From Centroscyllium fabricii (taxonomy: Eukaryota), in the NCBI GenBank assembly GCA_051313645.2, contig JBNRSN020000008.1:175150001-175214000 (forward strand): DNA of 64,000 nucleotides. The letters are read 5' to 3'. This document shows, one piece after another, positions 52,029-64,000 of this stretch (position 1 is the first letter of the stretch; each line of letters begins with the position of its first letter). Below the pieces are notes generated by a model, which was given only the letters and a program-made list of their open reading frames with translations, was not told the DNA's origin and made no database searches. The position numbers and the translations under genes are program-made.

Positions 52029-52904
52029 CCCTAGGGTATGAGTCTGGGGAATTAATAATGGGAAACGGCAGAGACCTTGAACAAATATTTTGTATCGGTC
52101 TTCACAGTAGAAGACACTAAAAGCATCCTAATAATGGATAATCAAAGGGCTACTGAGGTGGGGGGGGGGGGCGCGGGAAGGCGCGTGAACTTAAAACAAT
52201 CACTATCACTAGAAAGTACTAGGTCAACTAGTGGGACTAAAGGTGGACAAGTTCCCTGGACCCGATGGCATGTATCCTAGAGTCTTAAAAGAGGTGGCTG
52301 CATAGATAGTGGATGCATTGGTTGTAATCTACCAAATTCTGGAGATGTCCCAGCGGACTGGAAAACCGCAAATGTAACGCCCCTATTTAAGAAAGGAGGG
52401 AGACAGAAAGCAGGCAACTATAGACCAGTTAGCCTAACATCTGTCATTGGAAAAATGCTGGAGTCCATCATTAAGGAAGTGATAGCAGGACATTTAGAAA
52501 ATCATAAGTCGTCAAGCAGAGTCAACATGATTTTATGAACAGGAAATCATGTTTGACAAATTTGCTGGCATTCTTTGAGGATGTAACAAGCAGGGTGGAT
52601 AAAGGGGAACCAGTAATGTTGTGTATTTAGCATTCGATAAGGTGCCACATTACAGGTTACTACACAAGATAAGAGCTCATGGGGTTGGGGTTAATATGTT
52701 AGTATGGATAGAGGATTGACTAACAGAAAAGAGAGTCGGGATAAATTGTTCATTTTCAGGTTGGCAAACTGTAACTAGTGGTGTGTCGCAATTATTTACA
52801 ATCTATATTAATGACTTAGGTGAAGGGACTGAGTGTAACGTAGCCAAATTTACTGATGATACAAAGATAGGTGGGAAAGCAAATTGTGTGGAGGACGCAA
52901 AGAA

Positions 52905-53850
52905 TCCACCACCATTTCCGCCACCTCCAGCGTGATCCCACCACAAAACACATCTTCCCCATATCTCCCCTTTCAGCATTCTGAAGGGACTGCGCCCTCC
53001 ATGACACCCTGGTCCACCTCCATGACACCTTGGTCCACTTCTCTATAACCCCCAACACAGCTTCCCCTTCACAAAGCACCTTCCCGTGCAAGTGCAGGAG
53101 ATGCAACATCTGCCCTTTTACCTTCACCCTTCCCACTGTCCAGGGCCCCAAACACTCCTTCCAGGTGAAACAGCGATTTACTTGTAATTCGTGCAATTTA
53201 GTATACTGTATTCACTGCTCACGATGCGGTCTCCTCTACATTGGGGAAACCAAACGCAGATTGGGTGACCGCTTTGCAGAACACCTCCGTTTAGTCCGTA
53301 AGGTGACCCCGAGCTTCCGGTCGCCCGTCACTAATTCTCCACTCCACTCACCTCACCGTCCTCTTACATTTTTCCAATGAAGCTCAATGTAAACTCGAGG
53401 AACAGCACCTCATCTTTCGATTAGGCACTTTACAGCCTTCTGGACTCAACATAAGAGTTCAACAATTTCAGACCATAACCTTTGCCCCATTCCTTCCCCC
53501 CCCCCCAAACCCCCATTTATTTATTTTCTCGCCCACATGGCCGCTGTTTTTCATTCTGCCTGTGCCATTTACACTTCATCTACAGCCATCTTTTGTTTCT
53601 TAACTTGTCCCATTACCATCTCCTTTTGCCTTGCACCATCTCTTAATCTCTTTGCCCGCCATCCAATCACAGATTTTCCCTTTTGTTCTTTCCTCCCCTC
53701 CTCTTTCCCTGCCCCTGCACTTGCTTAAAAACTTGTTCCATCTCCAGCTTTTTCCCAGTTCTGACGAAGGGCCGTCGACCTGAAACATTTGTTTCTCTCT
53801 CTCCACAGAAGCTGCCTGACCAGCTGAGTATTTACAGCATTTTCTGCTTT
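52905..53850 (+). mobile_element. Penelope-like element 3' part (GIY-YIG and terminal repeat)
   Basis: FTCNSCNLVYCIHCSRCGLLYIGETKRRLGDRFAEH; hammerhead-like core CTGACGA..GAAAC at 53761-53786 with damaged stems. Confidence 0.88.
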
Positions 53851-54399
53851 TATTTAAGGAAGGATATACTTGCATTGGAGGCAGTTCAGAGAAGGTTCAC
53901 AAGGTTGATTCCGAAGATGAAGGGGTTATCTTATTAAGAAAGGTTGAGCCTATACTCATTAGAGTTTAGAAGAATAAGAGGGTCTCTTATTGAAACATAT
54001 AAGATTCTGAAGGGGCTAGACAGGGTAGATGCAGAGAGGATGTTTCCCCTTGTGGGGGAATCAAGAACTAGGGGTCATAATTTCAGAATAGGGGGGCACC
54101 CTTTTAAATCAGAAATGAGGAGGAATTTCTTCTCTCAGAGGGTCGTAAATCATTGGAATTCTCTTCCCGAGAGAGCTGTGGAGGCTGGGTCATTATTTCC
54201 ATGTTTAAATATGTTCATAGAAGATAGGAGCAGGAGTAGGCCATTCGGCCCCTCGAGCCTGTTTCACCATTTAATGAGATCATGGCTGATCATCCAAACT
54301 CAGCACCCTGTCCCTGCCTTCTCCCCATATCCATTGACACCTTTAGCCTTAAGAAATATATCTATCTCCTTGAATATATTAAGTTAAAAAAAGATGGAA

Positions 54400-54915
54400 T
54401 TTTAATTTTAAATTACATTATGAGGAGCTCCCTCCAATAACGTCTACTCCAACCGGAGCACAGCATATACACTACATCAAACGCAGTACACTCATCTACC
54501 CTCCTTGTTACCACCTCAAAAAATTCAATCACGTTTGTCAGATACGATCTTCCCGCAACAAATCCGTGCTGACTATCCTTGATGAATCCGTGTCTTTCTA
54601 AATGAAGATTTATCCTGTTCTTCAGAATTCTTTCCAATAATTATCCCAAAACCGAGGTTAGGCTGACTGGCCTGTAATTACTTGGTTTATCCTTTCCTCT
54701 CTTTTTAAACAAGGGTACCACATTGGCAGTCCTCCAGTACCACACCTGAAGCCAGAGAGGATTGAAAAATGATGGCCAGAGCCTCTGCTATTTCCTCTTT
54801 TGCTTCGCTTAAAAGCCTGGGAACCATTTCATCCGGGCCTGGGATTTATCCACTTTTAAAGCTACTAAACCCCTCAATACTTCCTCTCTCACAATGTTTA
54901 TTTCATCTAATATTT
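54400..54915 (-). mobile_element. CR1 RT fragment
   Basis: SQHGFVAGRSYLTNVIEFFE. Confidence 0.75.
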
Positions 54916-54934
54916 CAGTGGTTCAGCACGAATC

Positions 54935-55201
54935 CAAACCGGCGCTCTTCATTTTGTGGAGCCGCCGCTCGGCGGCGCCACCATTTCCCGGGAAGGGTGT
55001 GTGAGTGCCGAAGGCGTTGGGTTTCTGTTTTTTAGTGTTCTATCCTCGGGTTCCCTCCCAGGGAGTGTTCTACCGCGCATTCTGGGCCCTGGGGAGTGTT
55101 CTACCGGCCGTTCCCCCTGCCGAACCTTCAGTGGTCCGTAAATTTCAGTGGTCCAGCACCGGCCAGGTCCCGAGGGTGCCGGATTAATGGTGCTCAACCT
55201 G
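54935..55201 (-). mobile_element. Tc1/pogo MITE, partial copy of the 14457-14780 family
   Basis: Reverse-complement match, one TIR plus TA. Confidence 0.8.
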
Positions 55202-55984
55202 TACTCTCTGAGCGAAGCAGCAAAGGAAAATCGATCAGCAACAGGTATCGCGCAGTTCCTGAGGGAGAGCAACCATGTGACAGCGGCAGACCCCTAGGGA
55301 CAAGAAGCAGCAAACTTCAAACTCACAACTGCAGTGGCAGAACTTTGGCTTGGTGAACATGAATCCCTGGGCTTCTCAGTCAAATCTAGCTAGGTAGTAG
55401 GGGTAGGACCAGGTTAAAGGGGAGTAAATTTAACTGTGATTTTTCCCTCATTGTGCCGTATGTTTCCCATTCCCAGTTATTGTATCTTGTTTATAAGTTT
55501 AGTCCTGTAAGTTAATTTGACATGATTTTCTCTCAGTTATAAAGTCCAATTGTGATGATTTTTAATAAAAGCAGTTTTCTTGCACCGAACCAGTTGTCTA
55601 TTCCGTTTTGTGTATCGCAAAACCTGTACCTAAGTCCTGTGTCTAGAACCTCAGGGGTGTGGGAGTGATTCAAACCGCTCCCCCCCCACCCCGTTAATTA
55701 CTGCCAACCAACTTTTCTGGCACTGAAAGTTAACTTTCACAAGTGTGGAGTCGCATTCCTTCAGCTTTTAATTGTTGGTGATTTTTTTTAATATTACAAT
55801 TTTTCTTTTAATTATTTTTTCTTTGTCTCTTTTTTCTCTCTCTCAATCCAATCTTCCTTTCCTTCTCTTTATTTTACTTTCTGTACCAGATTTGACATTG
55901 AATTTACTTTTCCAACTGACACTTCCTGGTTCAGACTCGGCGCTGCTCATTAATTCTTCAATCCGATTGAGATATTGGAAAGAT

Positions 55985-56670
55985 TAAATATTGGGAAGAC
56001 CAAAGCAACGGTCTTTGGTCCCTGCCACAAACTCCATTCCCTAGCCACCGACTCAATCCCTCTCCCTAGCATCTGTGGGGCTGAGCCAGACTGTTTACAA
56101 CCTTGGTGTCATATTTGACCGTGAAATGAGCTTCTGACCACATATCCGCAGCATAACTAAGACTATCTATTTCCATCGACATAATATCGCCCGTCTCCAC
56201 CCCTGCCTCAGCTCATCTGCTGCCGAAACCCTCAGCCATGTCTTTGTTACCTCTAGACTTGACTATTCCAATAAATTCTGGGCTGGCCTCCCACGTTCTA
56301 CCCTATGTAAACTTGAGGTCATCCAAAACTCGGCTGCCCGTGTCCTAACTCGCACCAAGTCCCGTTCACCCATCACCCCGGTGCTCACTGACCTACACTG
56401 GCTCCCAGTTAAGCAATGCCTCGATTTCAAAATTCTCATCCTTGTTTTCAAATCCCTCCATGGCCTCGATCCTCCCAATCTCTGAAATCTTCTCCAGCTC
56501 CACGACCACACCTCCCCCCCACCCCACGCACCCCCACCAAACCCTCCCCACCAAAACATCTGCGCTCCTCTAATTCTGCCCTCTTGAGCATCCCTGATTT
56601 TAATCGCTCAACCATTGGTGGTCGTGCCTTCAGCTGACCAGACCCTAAGCTCTGGAATAACCTCCCTAAT
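55985..56670 (+). mobile_element. L2 LINE 3' fragment
   Basis: LNIGKTK, LGVIFD, VTSRLDYSN, IQNSAARVL and LHWLPV motifs. Confidence 0.88.
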
Positions 56671-56759
56671 AACCCAACCTGTCCATATCATACTGGAGTT
56701 TCTCGGCATCATCCTCACAGCACACATGCCAACCCAGCTTTGTGGCATTTAATGCCATC

Positions 56760-57695
56760 CCCAAACTCAGCATTACTGTTTGGGGGGTCTGTATACAACT
56801 CCCACTAATGTTTTCTGCCCCATGGTATTTCTCAGCTCTACCCATACAGATTCCACATCATCAGAGCCAATATCCTTCCTTACAATTGTGTTAATCTCCT
56901 CTTTAACCAGCAATGCTACCCCACCTCCTTTTCCTTTTTGCCGGTCTTTCCTAAATATAGAATACCCCTGAATGTTGAGTTCCCAGCCTTGGTTACCCTG
57001 GAGCCATGTTTCAGTAATCCCAATCATATATCCATTTACCTCTATTTGCGCAGCTAATTTATCCACCTTATTACGAATGCTCCTCGCATTAAGACACATA
57101 GCCTTCAGGATTTTTTTGTTAACACTCTTAGACCTTTTAGAATTATTATTTACTGTGGTCATGTTTGATTTAAACCCTTGATTTCTCTGACTGCCACTTT
57201 TGCTTTTCTCCTTCCTGCCTTTTGCTTCTATCCTGGTTTCCCTTTCCTCTGTCTCCCTGCACAGGTTCCCAACCCCCTGCCATTTTAGTTTAAACCCTCC
57301 CCCACAGCACTAGCAAACACTCCCCCGAGGACATTGGTCCCAGTCCTGCCCAGGTGCAAATCGTCTGTTTTGTACTGGTCCCACCTCCCATAGAACCGGT
57401 TCCAATGTCCTAGGAATTTGAATCCCTCCCCCTTGCACCATTTCTCTAGCCACGTATTCATCTGAAATATCCTTCTATTTCTACTCCGACTAACACATGG
57501 CACTGGTAGCAATCCTGAGATTACTACCTTTGAGGTCCTATTTTTTAAAATTTACCTCCTAACTCCCTATATTCAGCTTTTAAGACCTCATCCCGGTTTT
57601 TACCTATATACACCACAGCAACTGGCTGTTCACCCTCCCCTTCCAAAATGCTCTGTAGCCACTCCGAGACATGTTTGACCCTTGCACCAGGGTGG
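56760..57695 (-). mobile_element. CR1 fragment spanning the ORF1 esterase end and ORF2 start
   Basis: WLEKWCKGEGFKFLGHW...DDLHL; LNARSIRNK, GITETWL, GKGGGVAL, YRPP. Confidence 0.85.
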
Positions 57696-58568
57696 AAATA
57701 GACAGATTTTTGAACGATAAGGGAGTCAAGGGTTATGGGGAGCAGGCAGGGAAGTGGAGTTGAGGCCAAGATCAGATCAGCCATGATCTTATTGAATGGC
57801 GGAGCAGGCTCGAGGGGCCAAATGACCTACTCCTGCATCTTATGTTCTTATGTATACTAACAATTATGTTGTGCTCCGCTCAATAAGGCTTGAAGATATT
57901 CAGCTAATCTGTTATTCTATTGTTTCGTGGAGAACTGTATAGAGAAATTTATCTTTCTTAATTGATCATGATCTCAATGTGTGAAGCATTTTCAACCCTA
58001 CCTTCTGACCAAATCACTTAATCCCTTGTCCTCCAGAAATGTAGCTAGTAGTTTCTTCAATCCATTTGTGCTATTTGCATCAATGCCATGCTCTAGTAAA
58101 ATATTCTGTATATTTATTACCTTTTGTATATCTCCACTGGCCATTCCCCAACCAACACAACAGAAATTGGTTACATGCGAGACTTAAGTGAACCCACATC
58201 CTAGCACTCTATCATCCAAGCTGTTGTGAGTTGGCACTTCAGCAGAGTGCACCTCCTTAAGGATTTTTAGCCTCCTTTCTGATCTCTTTTCTCTGTAGCA
58301 TTTCTTAATAAGCATTTCTCTCAAAAAGAAATCACACCATTATAAAAAATGCTTATCTACGGCCTAAAGTATTGTTAAAATTAACATGGAAAAGTATATT
58401 TGACTGACCCAGTAGAACTGATCAGCCAGGTATTTCTCATATGCATGAGTGCCTACACAGGCCAGTACAAATACCTTATCTTTGTACTACAAGATAGGTT
58501 TGGGCGAAGAAGACTGTTTTTGGTCTCATCCTTCTAGAATACTTAATCATCTTTCCATTTAAGTCTCC

Positions 58569-58731
58569 ATGATGTGGAGGTGCCGGTGTTGGACTGGGGT
58601 GGACAAATCTAAGAAGTCACATAACACCAGGTTATAGTCCAACAGTTTTATTTGAAATCACAAGCTTTCGGAGCGCTGCTCCTTCGTCAGGACTATAATC
58701 TGGTGTTGTGTGACTTCTTACATTTGTCCAC
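58569..58731. mobile_element. Penelope terminal-repeat-only insertion with a short inverted segment
   Basis: Minus-strand repeat to 58690 (hammerhead core 58658-58690), then an inverted copy 58690-58731. Confidence 0.8.
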
Positions 58732-59879
58732 TATCACATGGTTTCTTAAGTGAACCTCCCTTCCTGGCAAGTTTTTCAACTATTGATCACAACAGGAATA
58801 ACTTGCATTTATATAGTATCTTTAATGTAGGAAACCTCCTAAGATGCTTCACAGGATCATAAGACGATGGATGAAAATTGAGAGAGTCAAAGATGATATT
58901 ATGGCAGGTGACTAAAAGCTTGTGTTGTCGCCTCCTTTTAAGCCGACTACCCAATCTCCTTCCGCTCATCTCTACTTACTAGAGAGTAAAGATAAGATGG
59001 AGAGTGGGCTTGCTTTCTGCTCTAATCCTGAATCTGTCTAGCTGGAGTTTTCCCTTCCAGTATTTTTACTGCTCCATGATTGTGTGACTTGGGTGCCGCT
59101 CAATACGTTTTTTTTCCAGTCTTATCACATGCATCCTGCATTATGCCCTTCATTGACAGGTTTGTTTTGTGCACACAGTTAATGTCACTTGACCAAGGGA
59201 AAGTAAATTACACATGGAGGATGAGGAAAGAGAAAATAAAATGCTCGAGGGAAATGGAGTGAAGCAAAGCATGGGGAAAAACAGTGAATCAGAAAATTAC
59301 AGAGTGGGAAAGAAGCATTTTAAGAATGAGTACTTATTTCTTCTAAGTACACAAAGGAAATCAAATATTAAACCAAATGTTCAGTAATTTAAAATAATGT
59401 GCAAGATCTGTTGAAATTAGGCTTGCATAAGGACCAGGATTCACACTATTTGTATAAAACTGACATCAATCACTGAATTTGTTGACTGTTCAGCTCCAAT
59501 TTGATTGCACAATATACAAAACTGCTTTGCAAAGCAAAGTTCACATTTGGTTTTATAATTCAAAGGGCACACACTGAAATATGTAGACAGACTTTGACAT
59601 TGCAACATTGTTTGCAGATTCATTCTGCACAAATCTCTATTTTCTGTAACTATTGAACTCCAGATTTAAATGTAACCACTAAATTGTACCACTCTGTACT
59701 TTTACCAAAAGATTCAAATGGTAGATAGGAATAGACCATCAGGTGATTTTGCTCTGTCTCAAATGAATTTTTCAAACATCTGCCAAGTTATAAATTTATT
59801 TTCATTTTTGCAGTCTCTATTCCCTGCATCCAGTTTTCAAACTTTATCCAAAGCATAGCATTTTTCTGATATTTTTTTT

Positions 59880-60595
59880 GATTCATTGATGGGATGTGGG
59901 TGTCGCTGGCTGGCTAGGCCTGCATTTTAGTGCCCATCCCTAATTGCCCTTGAGAAGATGGTGGTGAGCCGCCGCCTTGAACCGCTGCAGTCTTATTGTT
60001 TTTCGTAGCGGTTGTTTACAACTGAGTGGCTTGCTACGCCATTTCAGAGGGCATTAAGAGTCAACCACATTGCGGTGGGTCTGGAGTCACATGTAGGCCA
60101 GACCAGGTAAGGACAGCAGATTTCCTTCCCTAAAGGAAATTAGTGAACCAGATGGGTTTTTGCAACAATCGACAATGGTATCATGGTCGCCATTACTAAG
60201 ACTAACATTTAATTCCAGAATTAAATTGAAATTCCACCAGCTGCCGTGGTAGGATCTGAACCCATATCCTGTGATGAACCTTTTAGTGTGGTTCACACGG
60301 TGCGATTATTGTATATAGTTTGGGTTAATACATCTGTTAATATCTGTACATTTCCGCAAAGGACCTGTACCGGCTGACCCCGCCTCTGGGTACTAGTATA
60401 AAGGAGAATGCTCCGCCCACTCATCTCTCATTCCGGGCGGGCTCACCGAGGGCACGGTTCTGTTTCTTGTAAATAAAAGCCTTTTGTTAAGAACAAGCTG
60501 TCGGCTCTGATTTGAGGCTTCACATCCTCAGAGCATTTGACCAAGCCTCTGGCTTACTAGTCTAGTGACATAACCACTATGTCACCGCCTCCCCT
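59880..60595 (-). mobile_element. tRNA-derived SINE interrupted by a solo LTR
   Basis: Head GGGGAGGCGGTGACATAGTGG (A box) and GGTTCAGATCC (B box) on -; CR1/L2-like tail. Confidence 0.75.
60270..60524 (+). mobile_element. Solo LTR (~255 bp)
   Basis: TGTGA...TCACA termini, TATAAA at ~60397, AATAAA at ~60472, short (A)TCC duplication. Confidence 0.75.
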
Positions 60596-60752
60596 ATATT
60601 TGCAGTACAATTACTGCACACACTTGCAAGATAAAGAAAAAGGACCGCACATGGAAAGTGAGGATGGGAAGGGGACGAGGAATGTTTTCAGTAGAGAGCA
60701 CCCCTCTGCTCTTTTCATACAATATGTGAATATATATTTTTAACATGTCATA

Positions 60753-61149
60753 GGGCGGCACGGTGGCATAGTGGTTAGCGCTGTTGCCTCACAGCACTGG
60801 AGACCCGGGTTCAAATCCGGCCTTGGGTACTATCTGTGTGGAGTTTGCACATTCTCCCCGTGTGTGCGTGGGTTTCCTCCGGGTGCTCCGGTTTCCTCCC
60901 ACAGTCCAAAGATGTGCGGGTTAGGTTGATTGGCCAGGATAAATTGACCCTTAGTGTTAGGGGGATTGAATATGTGGGGTTACGGGGATAGGGTGGGGTG
61001 TGTGTCGGTGCAGGCTCGATAGGGATCGAGGGATATGGGGATGGGGCGGGGACAGGGTACAGGGTATGATCAGCCATGATCTCATTGAATGGTGGAGCAG
61101 GCTCGAACGGCCGAATGGCCAGTCCTGCTCCTAGTTTCTATGTTTCTAT
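60753..61149 (+). mobile_element. Full-length HE1-type V-SINE
   Basis: A box TGGCATAGTGG, B box GGTTCAAATCC, V core and CR1-derived tail ending TTTCTATGTTTCTAT. Confidence 0.9.
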
Positions 61150-62435
61150 CACCCTTTTTATATGCAAAAATTACAATTTAATTTTCCTTCCTTTGGAGAG
61201 CCATCATGTTGACTGCCCTCTAACACTTGGAGTGGTTCCATTGCCTAACGCAGAAGGCAGTGTTTTAGACTGGCCCAGTTGCTAATCTGCAGGTATCCAA
61301 GGCAAGAAAAGCAAATACAAGTTGAGGTGGTTTTTTTAAGTTGGTCGCCTCCAGGGTTACATCTATGCCAGTCCAAAGCATTGTGTTTTGGGTTAGTCAA
61401 TGAAGGTATAGGGAATGCTCCCATAATCTAGGTCATCAGAGCAGCTGCAGATAGGAGACTAGAATGAAAATGGCAGGTTTCCCATGGGCAGGTAGGTAGC
61501 TCTTCCTCCACACAATCAACAAAGGAATATGTCATGTAGTGAGAAGCTTAGATGAAATCCATTATTGTATGCATTAACTGGTCTATTTCCTATTTAGGTT
61601 ATAATTTATTACCAAGTCAGAAAAGAAAAAAGAAATAATAGACTGGTAACAGACCTATTTACACTGTAAACTCACATTTGAGTTTTCACTTAGCTACAGC
61701 AACTTGCTAATGTCAGTGCAAGAGAGATATTTGTACTCCTCTATTTGAAATAAAAACATTGGATCAAATATTTTGCAGATTAATGTGATCCGCATTATAC
61801 TGTTACAACCAAACTGATACTCCAATTACTTTGCTACATTGTCATTGACAGCAATCACAATTTTAGTTCCAGCACAGTAAATGAAACATTATTGCTGCCT
61901 TTCTAAGATCCTGGACCCAAGAGGTAATTATTTGCTGACACTCTGGCTTTGTGGTTAAATAAAATATTGCTACTGGAAGCAAGGGCCACCATGCTTTCTG
62001 CCTACTTGAAGGTTGAGCAGCTCCTTGACGTAGTTCCAATATAGATAGGCCAGAAGAAGAAATGAAGAAAGAGGGGCAAAAGGTTTGGGTCTGTTTTCAA
62101 TAGCTGGTTATAATAAAGCATTAGTAGAAATTTTGGAGCAAAGTGCAGTAACCTGTAAGGTTAGGAATAACAGTGTCTAGCAGGTGGTGCTGTGGCAATG
62201 GACTCCCGAGTTCACGATAGTGTTCAGTCCTGGTTTTATAAGGTTGGGTCTTTTTGGCAAGAAGCCATTTCTGGTATAAGCTGAGTTAGGCTCGCAGTTC
62301 AGAGCCAGGTTGTAAAGACTGATTAAACCTGTTAACCAGTTAACCTGTGTCCGTCTCTCTCCATGACCCCTCGAGATACTACACAAATGCTGCACAATGT
62401 TGTTCAAAACACTGAATCAGGTAACAATTGAAATA

Positions 62436-63797
62436 GAATAGCAAAATACTGCAGATGCTTGAAATCTGAAACAACAGAAAACGCTGGAAACACTCAGCAG
62501 GCCAGGCAGCATCGTGGAGAGAGAAACAAAGTTAACGTTTCAGGTCGATGACCCTTCGTCAGAACTGGAAAAAGTGGGAGAAGCAACAGATATTTAAGCA
62601 AGTGTGGGAAGGTGGGGGGGGAGGAAAGAACAAAGGGAAGGTCTGTGATAGAATGGAAGGCAGGAGAGATTAAAAGACAAAAGGGATGGTACAAGTTAAA
62701 AGGAGGAGATGGTAATGGGACAGGTTAAGAAACAAAAGACGACACTAGAGGAGGTGTAAATGACAATGGCAGAATCATCAGCAGCTGCCATGTGAGAGAA
62801 AGAAGAAAACATGGGGCAGAGGTTACAGTCGGAAATTGTTGAACTCGATGTTGAGTCCAGAAGGCTGTAAAGTGCCTAATCGAAAAAGGAGGCGCTGTTC
62901 CTCAAGCTTACGTTGAGCTTCGTTGGAACAGTGCAAGAAGCCAAAGACGGAGAGGTCAGAGTGGGAGTGGAGCGGAGAATTAAAGTGGCAGGCGACCGGA
63001 AGCTCGGGGTCACGTTTGCGGACTGAGTGGAGGTGTTCCGCAAAGCGGTCACCCAATGTAGAGGAGACTGCATCATGAACAGCGAATACAGTATACTAAA
63101 TTTCAAGAAGTACAGGTAAATCGCAAGAAGTACAGGTAAATCGCTGTTTCACCTGGGCGGGGTGTTTGGGGTCCTGGACAGTGGGAAGGAAGGAGGTGAA
63201 AGGGCAGGTGTTGCATCTCCTGCGCTTGCACGGGAAGGGGTGCTTGAGGAGTGGACCAGGGTGTCGCGGAGGGAACGGTCCCTTCGGAATGCTGAAAGAG
63301 GAGAGATGGGGAAGATCTGTTTGGTGGTGGGATCTCGCTAGAGGTGGCGGAAGATAATCCGTTGAATGTGGAGGCTAGTGGGTGAAAAGTGAGGACAAGG
63401 GGAACCCTATCGTGTTTCTGGGAGGGAGGGGAAGGGGTGAGAGCAGAAGTGCAGGAAATGGAACGGGCACGGTCGAGGGCCATGTCAACTACAGTAGAGG
63501 GGAATCCTCGGTTGAGGATAGTTTTGTTTCTTAACTTGTTCCATTACCATCTCCTTTTGCCTTGCACCATCATCCTTTTTGTCTTTCAATCTCTCCTGCC
63601 TTCCATTCTATTACAGATATTTCCTTTGTTCTTTCGTCCCCTCCCCCCTTTCCCTGCCCCTGCACTTGCTTAAATATCTGTTACTTCTCCAACTTTTTCC
63701 AATTCAGACGGAAGGGTCATCGACCTGAAACGTTAACTCTGTTTCTCTCTCCACCATGCTGCCTGACCTGCTGCATGCTTCCAGCACTTTCTGTTGT
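62436..63797 (-). mobile_element. 5'-truncated Penelope-like element with inverted terminal repeat
   Basis: GIY-YIG fragment (GDRFAEHLHSVRKRDPELPVACHFN) on -; 63521-63797 is an inverted copy of ~62470-62737; 14-bp TSD TAACAATT(G/A)AAATA at 62422-62435 and 63798-63811. Confidence 0.9.
62530..62566 (-). ncRNA. Minimal type I hammerhead ribozyme motif (second family)
   Basis: AGUU-CUGACGA-A-GGGUC-AUC-GACCU-GAA-ACGU-U-AACU: intact core, stem II, palindromic ACGU stem III and stem I. Confidence 0.75.
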
Positions 63798-63859
63798 TAA
63801 CAATTAAAATATATTCAGTTAAGGTTAATAAGGTCTAAAAAACCTTTAAAATAAGCTTA

Positions 63860-64000
<141 letters not shown>

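Larger units (their letters stand above)
48700..54200 (+). mobile_element. Near full-length decayed CR1 LINE (ORF1 zinc finger/esterase + ORF2) with several nested insertions
   Basis: ORF1 CCNMWE..HICRKC, VVGASIVR and GTNDIG (SGNH-like); ORF2 LYLN.CSI.NK, AITET, YRPP, WKTANVTPLFKKG and C-terminus. Confidence 0.85.

Noticed and set aside
60753-60830. tRNA gene
   Set aside because: The A and B boxes belong to the head of a V-SINE that continues into core and LINE tail; no complete cloverleaf was evident.

Overview
This is vertebrate genomic DNA, most likely from a shark or other elasmobranch (inferred from HE1-type V-SINEs, a Deu-domain SINE, dense CR1/L2 LINEs and Penelope-like elements). It holds the 3' parts of two convergent, intron-rich genes. 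On + are the last three recognisable coding exons of a shugoshin, probably SGO2 (<1-1164, 18670-18832, 32076-32181). On - are the last seven coding exons of cytosolic NADP-isocitrate dehydrogenase IDH1 (>64000-63935, 47852-47747, 45211-45034, 42507-42356, 41992-41852, 39768-39606, 36478-36385). All visible splice junctions are GT-AG and phase-compatible. Most other ORFs in the track are fragments of nested, decayed transposons: CR1, L2, RTE/BovB, Rex1/Babar, Penelope, a full-length Gypsy, and Tc1/pogo, hAT and PIF/Harbinger MITEs. The most notable signals are: minimal hammerhead ribozymes in two Penelope terminal-repeat families, including a 238-bp fold-back unit and an intact copy in the sense strand of the IDH1 pre-mRNA; a Gypsy element whose primer-binding site is complementary to its own LTR (apparent self-priming); a 5S-rRNA-headed SINE with a Rex1-like tail; a CpG-rich Harbinger MITE between the two genes; a non-canonical -HKL C-terminus on IDH1; and a ~107-aa tandem repeat in the shugoshin. 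Family and paralogue assignments come from recalled motifs, not database searches.
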